Source: Octopus sinensis (Eukaryota). Taken from it: DNA of 64,000 nucleotides. A program made the translations under genes and the position numbers. Below the pieces are notes generated by a model. It was not told where the DNA came from. It was given only the letters and a program-made list of their open reading frames with translations, and did not search any database. Shown piece by piece: positions 24,660-39,442 of the stretch. The stretch is taken from contig NC_042998.1 in NCBI RefSeq assembly GCF_006345805.1, positions 69,502,001 through 69,566,000 on the forward strand. Reading direction: 5' to 3'. Position 1 is the first letter of the stretch. Every line of letters begins with the position of its first letter.

Positions 24660-25040
24660 ACTCTTTTACTTGTTTTAGTCATTTGACTGTGGCCATGCTG
24701 GAGCACCGCCTTTAGTTGAGCAAATCGACCCCAGGACTTATTCTTTGTAAGCCTAGTACTTATTCTATCGGTCTCTTTTGCCAAACCGTTAAGTTGCAGG
24801 GACATAAAGACACCAACATCGGTTGTCAAACGATGTTGTGGGGACAAACACAGACACACATGTATATATATATACATATATATGATGGGCTTCTTTCAGT
24901 TTCTGTCTACCAAATCCACTCACAAGGCTTTAGTCGGCCCGAGGCTATAGTAGAAGACACTTGCCCAAGGTGCCACACAGTTGGAGTGAACCTGGAACCA
25001 TGTGATTCGTAAGCAAGCTACTTACCACACAGCCACTCCT
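24660..25040 (-). mobile_element. CORE-type SINE, full length
   Basis: Reverse complement of the 11900-12310 family across head, CORE, microsatellite and tail. Confidence 0.8.
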
Positions 25041-25097
25041 CCAACAAAGTTGATGTTTAACACTTTTTCTGTAAAGTACACATGTATACCTAATGCG

Positions 25098-25137
<40 letters not shown>

Positions 25138-26129
25138 ACAAAGTTTATTTTTCCAGCAAGGTGATGAACATTTAAGGAAGGATTTGAGATAATGTGAAAT
25201 GATAAGGACGAGGATGAAATCACTTTCAAATTACCCGCACCTAATCTGAAGATGATTTCAAGTTACTGGAAAAAAGAAATTCAGCAGTGAATTTGTTGGT
25301 ATGCCTGCTTGGTATGTTATAGGCTTTCAAATACAACCCACATCATCCTTGCTATTTCTAGCTTAATGAACGACCACATAGAAATGTCCCAATTAATTTT
25401 TAAAATAATGAAGAATTTAGTAAAATAATTGTGTTATTATTAAACTCGTGTTTGGAATATAAATTAACATGAAATTTTGATGGAAAGATTTAATTTAGAC
25501 CACTTTAAAACAGGAAGTTTGTATCATAGAACCAGGTGCAACCTCAGGTAGGTTGGTATCAAAATGGTTAACTACTGAATATCTTTTCCTTTTTCTTTTG
25601 AAAGAGTAGTCTTATTATCTGGAAGATCTTGGAAAAATAATCACCAAACATTACAAATAAAAATTATGCAAATCCCATAAATCTGAGCATCACTATCATC
25701 TCGAAAGCTCTATTTAATCTTTCTCTATTTAGGATTAAATACTGCAATCGTTTAAGTTTTAAAAACAAACAAACTCATCATCATCATTTAACATCCATTC
25801 TCCATACTGGTATAGGTTGGACAAGGCCAGGAGGCAGCACCAGGTTCCTGTTTTGGCATGGTTTCTATGGCTGGATTCCCTTCCTAATGCCAACCACTTT
25901 ACAGAGTGTATTGAGAGTTTTTTATGCAGAACCATCACCAGTACTTTTATACCAATGCTTTTATATCATAGAAGCAGGAGCAGTCTGAAGTAGCTTAGTA
26001 TCAAGAATTATGGTTGATAATAAAAGAATCAATGCTGTTTAGTCTGATGGAAGCATCGAGCATTAAGTGTAGTGAGGTGTCATAAAATATGTTATAGTGG
26101 GAAAGGAATTAACAACTGAAGTGATTATC

Positions 26130-26810
26130 ATCATCATTAACATTTGATATCCGCTGGTATGGGTTGGACAGTTTGACTGAGGACTGGCAAGCCAGGAGGT
26201 TGCACAAGGCTCCAATCTGATCTGGCAAAGTTTCTCAGCTGGATGTCCTTCCTCATACCAACCACTCCAAGGGTGTAGTGGGTGCTTTTACAGGAGCCAG
26301 TCAGGCAGCATTGGCATCAACCACACTTGAATGGAGCTTTTTTATGTGCCACCAGCATGGGAGCCAGTCAGGCGGTACTGGCATTGATCACGCTTGAATG
26401 GTGCTTTTTACGTGCCACTGGCATGGGAGCTAGTCAAGTGGCATTGGCATCAACCACGCTTGAATGGTGCTTTTTATGTGCCACCAGCACGGGAGCCAGT
26501 CAGACAGCACTGGCATCAACCATGCTTGAATGGTGCTTTTTATGTGCCACCGGCATAGGAGCCAGTCAGGCAGCATTGGCATCAACCACGCTTGAATGAT
26601 GCTTTTTATGTGCCACCGGCATGGGAGCCAGTCAGGTGGCACTGGCATCAACTACACTTGAATGGTGCTTTTTATGTGCCACCAACATAGGTGCAAGTCA
26701 GACAGCACTGGCATCAACCACGACAACAATTTCACTGGATTTAACAGGTCTTCTCAAGCACAGCATATTGCCTATGGCTATAGTCTCACTTGGCTTGCCA
26801 GGTCTTCTCT
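26130..26810 (-). mobile_element. RTE 3' UTR copy with about 7 tandem 61-bp units
   Basis: Unit acgcttgaatggtgctttttatgtgccaccggcatgggagccagtcaggcagcattggcatcaacc repeated 26285-26720. Confidence 0.8.
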
Positions 26811-29800
26811 GTTGCCAGATCAATTATGATACACAACTGTAAGTAGTAAAAGGTTAAAGGAAAGACCATAAAACAATTTGCTGGTGAAAGACATGATTGT
26901 TTGCACTCTCCAGACTCCTTCAGTAATTATGTCCAAATATCGTGTTTAGCTTTTTATTCACACCAATTCTTTATCTCTCAGTCATCTTTGATCTGCAATA
27001 ACTGCCAAATTATGGCTTAACCTTTTCAATATCAACCCACCTTGAGACAAACCCTGATTCCAGATACAAACATCTTGTTTTAACCCATTAGTATTCAGAT
27101 TGCGCAGTCAAGTGTAATACATATTTAATCACATTGTTTTGAATTTTAAAAAATTAACTATCTTGTAGCTTTGAGATTTTTGATATGACTATATTTTTAG
27201 AATGACATTGTAGGAGATGTGTGAGAGGCTAGATATAGCCAGTCATCATCATCTTCAACAGGTAAACTATTCTGACTGGATATGGCCAGTTTGAATGCAA
27301 ATGGAATAAAGGAATAAATCAAAGCCTATCAAACTTTTATATCAATTTATGTTCCAAAAACCAGCTTTAATAACAAGATTATGTTACCAAATTCTTCATT
27401 AAACTGGAATTAAAAGCAAGGAACACATGACTTCTACACAACAGATAGACTAACACTTAAAACTGAATAAATGTGTAAGTTAATGATGGAGTTTGTATGT
27501 GGTCACTTTAGGTGTTAGAAATAGCAGCCAAATATCCCCAAAATTGCACTATACTACCTTAAATAAAGGATACAATAAATAATGAATACCTACTTGACCT
27601 GGTTCAAACTGTATCTAAACAACATCCATAACAAGTAATGAATGGCTTCCATTGTTTTATGTTCCAGTAAATTTAAGTCTTTGAATGCACAAAATCACGA
27701 GCATTTGGCCGTTTCACAGGCACCATATCATTTCCTGCAGATTAAAGAGTGGATTTGTAAAGAAGTGCTGTATTTGTGATAATGGTGATCATAACAGCCT
27801 AACTAGGCCAGAATCACTTCAAGATTGGTCTTTCTGATGGTTCACATATGATAGAAGATGAACATCAATAATTAAACCGATATAATTAGCACTGAGGTCA
27901 GACACAGTGTAAACAATGTATCACTGAATGCCAAGAGGTTTGGAAGATATTCAGGAAATGACTGCTTCTGTTCAGAATAAACAAAAATTCTCTTCCCAAA
28001 TATATTTTATGGTTCACTTAAATTAATACCACCTCTATTACCTGAGCATTGGGTGTCATCAACAGAGTTTATTCCGTTAATGTGTCTGTACCAGATCTGA
28101 TCATATTTTGCCTGCAGGTATTGCAACTGGGCATCAGCCACACCAATGTCACTGGTCTGGGAGACATTGACCTAAAGATGTTGAGGATGGACATCAATAT
28201 CACTGGCCAAAAAGACAATATCTTGCAATTGTTGAGACAAGACATTAACTTAATGTCACTGATCAAAGAGAGAGAAAGATGCTGAACTCCAGATGTTGAA
28301 GCTGGACATCAATTATATCGATGTTACTGGTCCAGGACACTCTACAAACTTCAGGGACACTGTCCTCTTGGTTATTTTACTCTGGTGGACCCCCATAGCC
28401 AAATGGTGTTTAAAAACTAATTTTAAAAATACTTCTTTCAAAATTCCGATTTTGTTTTTCACCCGTTCATTTGCATAGGTTTGCTCTAGAACTCTCTGAG
28501 AAAACACATTTCAGTGGCTGGAAGCACGTTGAACTATTTAAAACATTAAAGAAAGAAACTTAGTTGTCTCTTGCAAAAAATACATCCAAAGCAAACATTT
28601 TTCAAGGACCCCTAAAATACTTAGGTCCCCCATTTACTACTTTGTTTGCTTGGACCCTGCCAAAATCTTATACAGAGACCCCTGGGTCATATGGAACCCA
28701 GCTGAGAGCCACTGAATGAAAGAAAGCATACTCTCAACACACTAAGAGAAAAAATAAGGGTGAAGGGTCAGCAGGGTATTCAAAAACCCAAATTTGTTAA
28801 GACACAAAATAACAAAAAATTGAAATTATTTTGTTCTGTTGTTTAATCCTAAGTCAACCCTTAATGGAGTGACCAATAATCAAATGCATTCCAATCATGA
28901 CGAGCCCATTATTTTTTTTAATTTAATTCTAGATAGACTATATCTAAGACTACATTATCTAATGTGTCCTTTTTCTTTTTCAAAACAGTTGTTGGGTATG
29001 GTTTTAAGGGAGATTTGGCTACTATGTCTAGCCATTTGAGCAAACTACATAGCAGTCCCGTTTACTGATTGTTTTATCATTTGTTTATAAATGGCGGTCA
29101 GTCTAAAAATGTAAAACAAGTCAAACAGTTAAAAAACTAAACTCAAGATACTGATCACTTAATTAAGACTTGATTAATTAATAACTGTCTTGATAAGCAA
29201 ACAGCTAGAATACTTCAAAGTTATGTTTGATATTTTAACATAACAAACACAGAGATTACAAAAACATTCTAGAGTAACTAATCTAACAAGTTAACGAGTG
29301 TTGTATACAATTATCAGCAACATCACGCTCCTCACTGATGTGTCATCACTTAATACTATTTATTATTACTATTATTATTATTATTATTATTATTAACATC
29401 ATCACCATAATCATCCAGCAACTGTATCGCTCCCAACTATGTAACTCTGTAAGCCAATCCCACCTTCAGTTTAATGATGCAGCTTGAAGGCAATTATATA
29501 ACAAAAAATGTCAGGAATATACTGCAACAGTACACTGCAAGCATCTGTGTGTGTGTGTTTTACAGTAATGTGTCAAATGATAAGGGAATGAAGGCTGGGA
29601 TAGGCTGAGCTGAGTTGAGAAAACTTTTGGAAATGGAAGATATCAGGTGTTTCTTTTTGCAATCTGAGATGATCCTTTAACTCTTTTGATACTGTATTAT
29701 TTCTGTTGAAATATACTGCTTAATTTTGAAATTGGAGAATTTAGTAAAATAACTCACTATTAAGCTGGTATTTGGGACATCAATGAACATGAAGTTTTGA

Positions 29801-31344
29801 TGCAAGTTTCTAAATTAGACTCCACTACAAGGTTCAGTCCATGTTACCAGGTGATGGCTCATGTGTCTCAGTGACCCTGACAGCTATGCCAGTGAACTGT
29901 AAGCTCCTAGTTGGGGTTCCCATGCTAGACAAGTCAAAGGATAAAAGCCAAATGATGGTGAGGGGGGATAACCTCTTCCCGGAGGTAAAAATGGTTTTGT
30001 GTAAGGCCAACAGCTTTACATTGAAAAAGTAAAGTTACAGAAGCACTGATGACAACTGGAAACCAACATGACCTGGGAGAGAAAGGCTTTTCCTTCAGGG
30101 AAACACAGGACATGGTACAATAAACTCGAAAATGAAGCTGCAAGGCAGACTCCCCTTCTAACACTACCTGGAACTGAAACCCACTGGATAGGTGGTAAAG
30201 ATGGTGCCCTATAAATATGGAGGGAGAGTTATGAGGCAAAGCTGAAAAAGCAGGGATCCAATTGGAGGGAAGTAAAAAAGATAGCCTAGAGTCAAGAACA
30301 GAGGAGAAGGTTGTCAATGGTTGATGCTCCATAGGGATTGAAGGGCTTAGCTTAAATTTAGATTGTTTTAAAGTAGGGAATTTTATCATAGGATGATAGT
30401 CTGTTGTAGATGAGATGGATTTGAAGAGGTCAAAGCATTTTGTTCAATGTAACAAGAATTAGAAAATCAATTGTTTGAAGTTAAATATGAACAGAAGTTG
30501 GCATGGAACTAAAAGTGAGCTAATATTTTCAGCCAAGAAGCTTCCAGAAACAAACAGTTTAAATAAGCTTTGAAGGGAGAAGATGGCAAAAATTATGACA
30601 AAGACATAGTCTTGGTAGTTATGTCTGTCTCGGTCTAAGTTTTATTAATTGAGGTGACTTCTAATGTGGTTATAGTAACTAGCCTCAATCTTACAGATTT
30701 GTTCAGTGCACATAAAGGAAACTAGAAGAAAATTCAATATTATCTTTTACTTGTTTTGAAAATAAATTAATCCACGATATCATTTAAGAAAATTCATCAA
30801 TACATCAAAAAAAAGAAACAAATAAATCGGCGCATGAGTGGCTGTGTGGTAAGTAGCTTGCATACCAACGACATAGCTCAGTCCAACTGTGTGGCACCTT
30901 GGGCAAGTGTCTTCTACTATAGCCTCGGGCTGACCAAAGCCTTGTGAGAGGATTTGGTAGACAGAAACTAAAAGAAGCCCGTCATGTATACATGTGTGTG
31001 CGTATGTGTGTGTTCCCCCCTCCCCATCATCGCTTGACAACCAATGCTGGTGTATTTATGTACCCCGTATCTTAGCAGTTCGGCAAAAGGAACTGATAGA
31101 ATAAGTACTAGGCTTACAAAGAATAAGTCCTCGGGTCAATTTGCTCAACTAAAAGCGGTGCTCCAGCATGGCCACAGTCAAATGACTGAAACAAGTAAAA
31201 GAATAAAAGAATAAATAGATAAATAAATAAAACAAGAATCTACTGATTTTTAAGAAAAAATCATGAAAATCAACAGATCTCACGAAATGAGATCTAAATA
31301 AAATAATAATAATGAAATTATTGTATACAGTGCTCAGGTATACA

Positions 31345-31800
31345 ATAATGCTCAGGTGCACCACAACTTGTCAAAAGTGCATATAAAGTATATGAAGTAA
31401 TGTACAAATGTCTGGGAAGTGAACAGTGTATGAGTCAGATACATGCTTGTGTGTGTATGGAGGAGAGAAAATCAGGTGTAGTGTTGGCGAATCTCAGGAA
31501 GCATGTAAGTTTTGAAGGATGCAGTGCTCCGACAACTAACAACTGATGCTGGCAGTTTGTTCCATACTTCAGCAACTCTTAGAGTGAAAAAATGTTTCCG
31601 AAAGTCATGGGAGATGTGCTAGGCAAGAAATTGTAATAATTCTTTTGTATGATAACTGACAAGGAAAGAGCATGTCCATATCTTGTGTATGAATTTTCCA
31701 ATTGTTCCTTTGTCATGCTCCAGTTCAATTTTTGAAATTTTCAGTGAGTTCATGGCTGTTTCCTGCACCAGTTTCGCATAGCCCCAGCCCATCCAAAGCA
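31345..31800 (-). mobile_element. CR1/L2-like LINE 3' end
   Basis: Minus translation FRKHFFTLRVAEVWNKLPASVV. Confidence 0.7.
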
Positions 31801-34800
31801 CTTGGATTGCAGAACGACCTGCTGTGCTTACCTTGGATCGTAGGGTGACCTGTTGTGCTTGAGGAGACCTATTGAGTCAAGTATATCAACATCAAAATAA
31901 AGATCAAATGGAAATTGTAGTTGTTATACCTGTGCCAGTGGCATGTAAAAAGCACCATCCAAACGTGATCGATGCCAGTGCCACCTTCACTGGCTTCTGT
32001 GCCGGTGGCACGTAAAAAGCACCAACCAATCATGGCCATTGCCAGCCTCCCCTGGCACCTGTGCCGGTGGCATGTAAAAAGCACCCACTACACTCACGGA
32101 GTGGTTGGCGTTAAGAAGGGCATCCAACTGTAGAAACACTGCTAGATCAGACTGAAACCTGGTGCAGCCTCCTGGCTTCCCAGACCCCGATCGAACCATC
32201 CAACCCATGCTAGCACAGAAAACGGACGTTAAACGATAATGATGATGATGATTAGTATAATTTGCATGAAGTATTGTCATATTTCCATAAACATTGCCTT
32301 TTTTTGAAACCGAAACAATGCAAGTTACAAGAAATAATTCTAGTTGATGGTTTGTACTTTTACCTTTGTATAGAAGTATATTTCAGGTTTAGAATATTTT
32401 CTTCTGAAAACTGTTTGGCCATGCTGGGGCACTGCCTTGAAGCGTCCAGTCAAACAAACCCACCTCAGTCCTTATTTCTTTTATATTCTTTCAGCCTCTT
32501 CTATTTGCAGGGATGTAAACAAACCACACATTGGTTGTGAATCAGTAACAGGGGACAAACACAAAGCTACACACATATATACACATATACATACACAAAA
32601 GGCTTCCACACAGATTCCACATACCAGATTCACTCACATTAATTTACACAGAGCTAAATTAGCAAACATTTGCCTTAAGTGCTGTACAGTAGGACTGAAA
32701 CCAGAAGCACATGATTGCAAAATGATCTTTTTAACCACACAAGTTATGCCTGCACTTAGTATGTGCATGGTACAAGTAATTCTTGTAAAAGAAATTATCA
32801 GGAAGATGAAAGAGAACCAGTAACTTGAGAAAAATGCAAAATATACAGAAGAACCTGATAGGCTTTGGTTTAAAACACAGGATCTTGCTGTAACAAATCT
32901 TTGGTTAGATAAATAACCAACTCTTGAAATTGGAGGAAGCGTTAGATATTACAGATAATTATTCTCCAAGATTTATATGAAAAAGGATATTTTCATTGAT
33001 ATTATTAATAATAAAGTATATTTGTGTCATCATCATCATCATCAACATCATTTTAACATCCATCTCCCCAGGCTTGTCTAGGATGGACGGTATTAGCTGA
33101 GGATGATTTCCTATGGTTGGCTGCCCTTCATTTTGCCAACTTCCATCTGTTTCCAAATAAGGCAATATTTCCCTCTGGCTGGACATGTTTACACAGAAGA
33201 TTGCTAAAGAAGGACACCATTTGTATGAGAGTGATGCTTGTTCATGACTGTCGTGCAATATCAAAAGAAGGAAACAAAACACATGCATCCATGCACAAAC
33301 ATATACATGTTCATGTATATCAGTTTCCATCTACCAAATTGGCTCACAAGAGTTTGGCCGACCAAGGGCCATAGTAGAAAACACCCAATGTGCCATACAG
33401 TGGGACTGAACCTGAAACCATGTAGCTGGGAAGCAAACTTCTCTACCACACAGCCACACTTGCATGTGAGTTTCTGCCTGTCTCGCCGCCGACTACGCAC
33501 GTCTCATCCAGCCAGTGCCCGCCTGACAACCAGTGCACTCCATTCTTTTTTACTTGTTTCAGTCATTTGACTGCAGCTATGCTGGAGCATCACCTTTAGT
33601 CGAATAAATCGAGCCCAGAACTTATTCGTTGAAAGCCTGGTACTTATGCAATTGGTCTCTTTTGCTGAACTGCTAAGTTACGGGGGACATAAACACACCA
33701 ACATCAATTGTCAAGTGATGGTTGGGAAACAAGCACAGACACACACAAATCATCATCATCGTTTAACGTCTGTTTTCCATGCTTGCATGGGTTGGATGGT
33801 TCGACCGGGGTCTGGGAAGCCAGGAGCTGCACCAGGTTCCAGTCTGATCTGGCAGTGTTTCTACAGCTGGATGTCCTTCCTAATGCCAACCATACCGTGA
33901 GTGTAGTGGGTGCTTTTTACGTGCCACTGGCACAGGTGCCAGGGGAAGCTGGCAATGGCCACGATCAGTTGGTGCTTTTTACATACCACTAGCACAGAAG
34001 CCAGTCAAAGTGGCACTGGCATCGACCACATATGGATGGTGCTTTTTACGTGCCAGGGGAGGTTGGCAATGGCCACGATCGGTTGGTGCTTTTTACGTGC
34101 CACCGGCATGGAAAATATGTATATATATATATATATATATATACAACAGGTCTCTTTCAGTTTCCGTCTACCAAATTCACTCACAAGGCTTTGGTTGGCC
34201 CAAGGCTATAGTAGAAGACATTTGCATGAGGTGCCATGCAGTGGAACTGAACCCAGAACCACGTGGTTGGAAAGCAAGCTTCTTGCCACACAGCCACTCC
34301 TGCATATGTGTGTATTTTGCACATTTTCTTATTGTCTTGACAACAGATGCACACTAATTGTTAACAAAAGGCACCGTTCATACAAAGGGTCTCATTAGTT
34401 TACATTGCTCCATAAAAGCATGTCTAACCATTCAGCTATTTGTTGTCAGGAGAACATGGGAAAATATTGCCTTACTTGGAAATAGGGAAGGATTGGCAAC
34501 AGCAAGAGCATCCATCCATAGAAAAATCTACTTCAAAAAGTTTCCTCCGACCCATGTAAGCATAGAAAAGTGATGATGGTAAAGTGTTTTATGTTTATTC
34601 CAAACCATATGTTACTCTACTCTTTTACTCTTTAACTTCAGTCATTTGACTGTGGTCAAGCTGGAGCACCGCCTTTTAGTTGAGCAAATCGACCCCAAGA
34701 CTTATTCTTCGTAAACCTAGTACTTATTCTATCGGTCTCTTGTGCTGAACCGCTAAGTTACAGGGACATAAACACACCACATCGGTTGTTAATAAAGTAA

Positions 34801-36263
34801 TTTTTTCCTTATTAAGCCAGTATTTGGAACAAAACAGAAGTTTCTTACCTAAAACTATGATTGAACTCATATTTACTAACAAAAGATTTTGGACCTTAGA
34901 ATCTTCAGAGGTGGTGGTCTCAGGTGAGTTGGTGTCAAATGAGATATGATGTGATATGATAATATATTGTATTTAGTTTAGCTGAACACCAAATAATGAG
35001 ATAATCCAAACTAATACAGAATTAAAAAAAAAAAATACCACCACAGAGAAAACAAAAATTTACAAACGCAGGCATGGCTGTGTGGTAAAAAGTTTGCTTC
35101 TCAACTACATGGTTCCGGGTTCAGTCCCACTGCATAGCACCTTGGGCAAGTGTCTTCTACTATAGCCTTGGGCTGACCGAAGCCTTGTGAGTGGATTTGG
35201 TAAACAGAAACTGAAAGCCTATCATGTGTGTGTGTATTTATGTGTCTTTGTATCTGTGTTTGTCCTCCCACCATCGCTTGACAAATAGTAATATGAAAAT
35301 TATTATATATATGTTGGTGTGTTTATGCTCCCAAAACTTAGCGGTTCAGCAAAAGAGACCAATAGAATAAGTACTGGGCTTACAAAGAATAAGTCCTGGG
35401 GTTGACGGTGCTCCAGAATGGCCGCAGTCAAATGACTGAAACGTGTAAAAGAGAATAAACAAAGCAAACCCACTCAATAATTAATACAAAGAAATGTAAT
35501 TAATATGTAGTGCATTAATATCAATTGCTTCTCTCCCTATTCAAATGCACCCTGAAATTTTAAAACCCTAAACCAATGTGAAAAATCAAATGTATACAAA
35601 AGTATATGAGGAAGAGGGCCACTACATGGTCACTTGATTTGCTAGAAATAGCTGCCAAATCCCCCTTCAAACCACACCCTGTTACTTAAAATAAAGAGAG
35701 GTAGAGCTAGATACACTATGTCTAAAAGAAAACAATGGAATGGTCATCGCTGGAATGTCTTTCATCATAAGGTCTGCTCATTAAAGATTGATCTGGGGTT
35801 AAGAACAACAGTAGCAGCAATTGTTTAGATATGAAAGAGAGAAAGAAAGTTGAGAATTATTTAATTTGAAAATATGATGCTGAGTTGAGAAAGGAAAGAG
35901 GAAGATGAAATTATTGCTGAAAGGAAGAATTTAACATTGAAGTAGTGTTAGATAAGATAAGAAAAGAGATTCTGGATTACAAACTTTTTTTTTCTTTGAA
36001 TAGGAAAACAGTTTGATGTTTTAAACACTGTAACCCTTACATCATTATTGTCATTTAACACTCATGTTCCACACAATATTTCGAAATATCACAACAATTC
36101 AATGCCGAACGAAACAGGGTTACAGTTATTTGAACAACTGCAAACAAAAATATTACCAAAAAGTGTACTGAAACGGTATTTGTTTTACATACACACATAC
36201 AATTACATATACACATGCACACAATATGTACATACACACACATACACAGACAGCCGAACTAAC

Positions 36264-36670
36264 CTGCAGTTGAAGGAGTCACTTTGGTAGCAACTCCGCT
36301 AGAATTCTTCACTTTTTCCATTCAATCATGACACAGCTAAAGAACTAATAAATGGTAAAGGAAGACAATAAACTATGTACCAGCAGAGTTAGGCTAGGCT
36401 ACAGCTGCTGCTGCTGCTGCTATGACAACAATGAGTTCTGATGCACAATAACTACTTTTGACGTCAGCAATGTGCAGCAAGGAGTCATCTCCTATCAACA
36501 ACTATCCTAGTTCAGCCAAACCCGGACACTTCTTCGATGCAACAAAGTCTGCTTATTAGCAGGGAACAATGGTGACCTTTATTTAATGCTTAGTGTGAAA
36601 CAAGCTGAAGATTAATGAAGAACAGTTTGCTTGCTGAGAATTAACAGCATCAAAGACTTGAGTGATCATC
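36264..36670 (-). other. Candidate non-coding 5' UTR exon of FRS2 (407 nt, contains a (CAG)n tract)
   Basis: Acceptor (ct)n-cttacag|, donor CAG|GTTAGT. Unique sequence with short uORFs only. Confidence 0.55.
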
Positions 36671-36934
36671 CTGTAAGAGAGAGAGAGAGAGAGGCTGACG
36701 ACAATGGTTGATGTCAACATCACAAGTGACAACCTACACAATTTCAGATCCCACCCCCTCAACCCATCAAAACAGCAAAACCCACCAATATTAACCAAAA
36801 ATAATGGATGTTACTTTGATTATAATCTACTTAAGGACAATGAATTGAAACAATTGTAAGAAAAGTGGACAGAACACCTTGTGATATTTCTTCAGGCTCC
36901 AAGGTAAGGAGCAGGCAGAATCATTAGCAATAAC

Positions 36935-37225
36935 TAACTGGCATTCCATTGCTTACGACAACGAGGATTCCAGCTGATCTGATCAACAGAACAGTCTGTT
37001 CATGAAATTAACGTGCAAGTGGCTGAGCACTCCACAAACACATGTACCCTTAATGTAGCTCTAAGGGGTGGCCCTTTGTAATTACAGGTACAACTCATTT
37101 TTGCCAGCTGAGCAGACTAGAGTAACGTGAAATAAAGTGTCTTGCTCAAGGATACAACACATCACTGGGAATTGAACTCCTGATCTTAATATCATGAGCC
37201 AAATGCCCTATCCACTAAGCCACAT
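36935..37225 (-). mobile_element. Second CORE-type SINE subfamily
   Basis: Minus strand reads gtggcttagtggatagggc..gagttcaattccc..ccttgagcaagacacttt. A diverged plus-strand relative lies at about 17620-17760. Confidence 0.6.
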
Positions 37226-39109
37226 GCAGAATCATTAACATGCCAGGCAAAATGCTTTGTCACATTTCATCTGCTTTTATATTCAGTGTTCAAATTTTGT
37301 CGAGGTCACCTTTGCATGTTATCTTTCCAGGGTCGGTAAAATAAGCACCAGTTGAACACTGGGTCATTATAATCGACTAGCGCCTCCCCACAACAAAATT
37401 TCAGGCTTTGTGCCTATAGTAGAAAGGATATTTCTTCTGGCTCTGTCAAGTTCATTGTTCAAATCCCAATGAGATCAACTTAATCTTTCATCGCTTCAGG
37501 GTCAATAAAACAAAGTACCAGTCTCATACTGGTGTCAATGGTATAGACAAACCACCTTCCCAATTCATAGCCCTATTCACTCTTGTAAACCCCTTCTTGT
37601 ACCTTGAGAGCACACTTTCACATCTTGTCACCAACATCTTTATCTTCTTTCCATCATCTCTCACCTCTTATAAAATTTGGGGTAGCCATGTGTCTCTTCT
37701 ACAGCAAGACACCTGTGCCTGTCTCTTTTCAACATGTGGCACAAAGTCACCTCCAGCTCTTCTGTAATCCACTCAGTGATGGAGGGGGGGTACTTTTTCT
37801 TTGTCTTGTAAGTTACTTAGTGACTTTATTAGAAAAAAAAGGCACCCAGAACATTCTGTAAAGTGGTTAACATGAGGAAAGGAACCCAGTTTAGAAAGCA
37901 TTCCAAAGCAAACACTGGAGCCCAAAGCAGTCCTAGTTCATTGAATTCTGTCAAACTGTTCAGCCTATGCCAGCATGGAAGTCAGACATTAGCAGCATTT
38001 CTCAACCTTTTCACCCTTGTGTAACCCTTAATATAAATTACATGTCTCAAGGAACACCTGCACAAAACAAAATTATATACCATATCTTTCACATATTATT
38101 TTCATCATAGTTCATGTGGTAAATATCATACATACATAAATATATATATATCATCATCATCATCGTTTAACGTCCGCTTTCCATGCTAGCATGGGTTGGA
38201 CGGTTCAACTGGGGTCTGGCAAGCCCGAAGCTGCACCAGGCCAGTCAGATCTGGCAGTGTTTCTACAGCTGGATGCCCTTCCTAATGCCAACCACTCCGA
38301 GAGTGTAGTGGGTGATTTTATGTGCCACTGACACAGGTGCCAGATGAGGCTGGCAGACGGCCACGCTCGGATGGTGTTTTTTTATGTGCCACCGACACAG
38401 GTGCCAATATATATATATATATATATGGTTATTATATTTTTTTGATAACATAATAGGATAATGTCTGTATTACAGTAACCAATATGTTGTGCATGTATAG
38501 TAATATTACAATCATGAAATTAGCATTAACTTATCTCACTCTTTCTTGCGGAACCCCTAGGAACCTTTTGCGGAACCCCGATTGAGAAACGCTGCATTTG
38601 ATGATGATGATGATATTTATAATCTACTTAAAGGTGGCGGGTCGGCAGACTCATTAGAGCATTGGGCAAAATGCCTTGCAGCAATTCTTTCAGCTCTTTA
38701 TATTTAGGCCTAAATTTCAACAAGTAAATACCTGCGTATAATGAGTTCAAAACCAACAACAGTTGGCTGCTAGCCTCTTATGAGTTTTAATTAAGGTCTT
38801 GTTAGAAATATGGTCAGAAAAGGTGTTATAAAGGAAATGAGAAGTTGGTCAGGATATGTTACTAGAATGGACAAAGTGTGGTTGGTTATATAAAAAAAAT
38901 TTTTTTTAAGTGTCATGTGTTGTTTATTGTGGGTAGACATAGGAGTGGTAGTCATGGGAAGATGTGATGATGTCAGAGCTTAGGAATCTAGGCCTCACAG
39001 ATGTGATGACAAAGACCAACACAAATGTCATATGATGCATGGTAGAACCATCCGACTTATCTTGGATAAACAAATGTTAACATTGATATATAGAAATAAA
39101 TATGCATTT

Positions 39110-39150
<41 letters not shown>

Positions 39151-39403
39151 CACACAATATATATGAATATATATAGACAAAATAAAAGGTGTGCCTATAC
39201 ACATGCATGCACACACACACATATTGTAAAGTTTGTTTAACAGTGATTGAATAAATGTTAGAACTTTCCCAGTCAACATAAACTCTCCAATAAATTTGAC
39301 TATTCTTAGTAATGAGTCACACCATCAATAAATGTTTAGTTGTTATTCTTGAACTTGCTTTAAAATAACCTCACTTTATATACATGTGTATGCGTGTATT
39401 TAT

Positions 39404-39436
<33 letters not shown>

Positions 39437-39442
<6 letters not shown>

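Noticed and set aside
26282-26842. CRISPR-like or repeat-protein ORFs (also 18796-19195, 33910-34398, 41994-42319)
   Set aside because: The units are tandem repeats in the RTE 3' UTR. The spacers are homologous to each other, there are no cas genes, and the context is eukaryotic.
29934-30760. 151-aa minus ORF and a GDFN-like endonuclease trace on the plus strand
   Set aside because: Probably a very old LINE remnant, but I could not align enough motifs to call it.
36583-36798. 71-aa ORF crossing the acceptor at 36671
   Set aside because: It spans intron (CT)n; only the exonic part could act as a 28-codon uORF.
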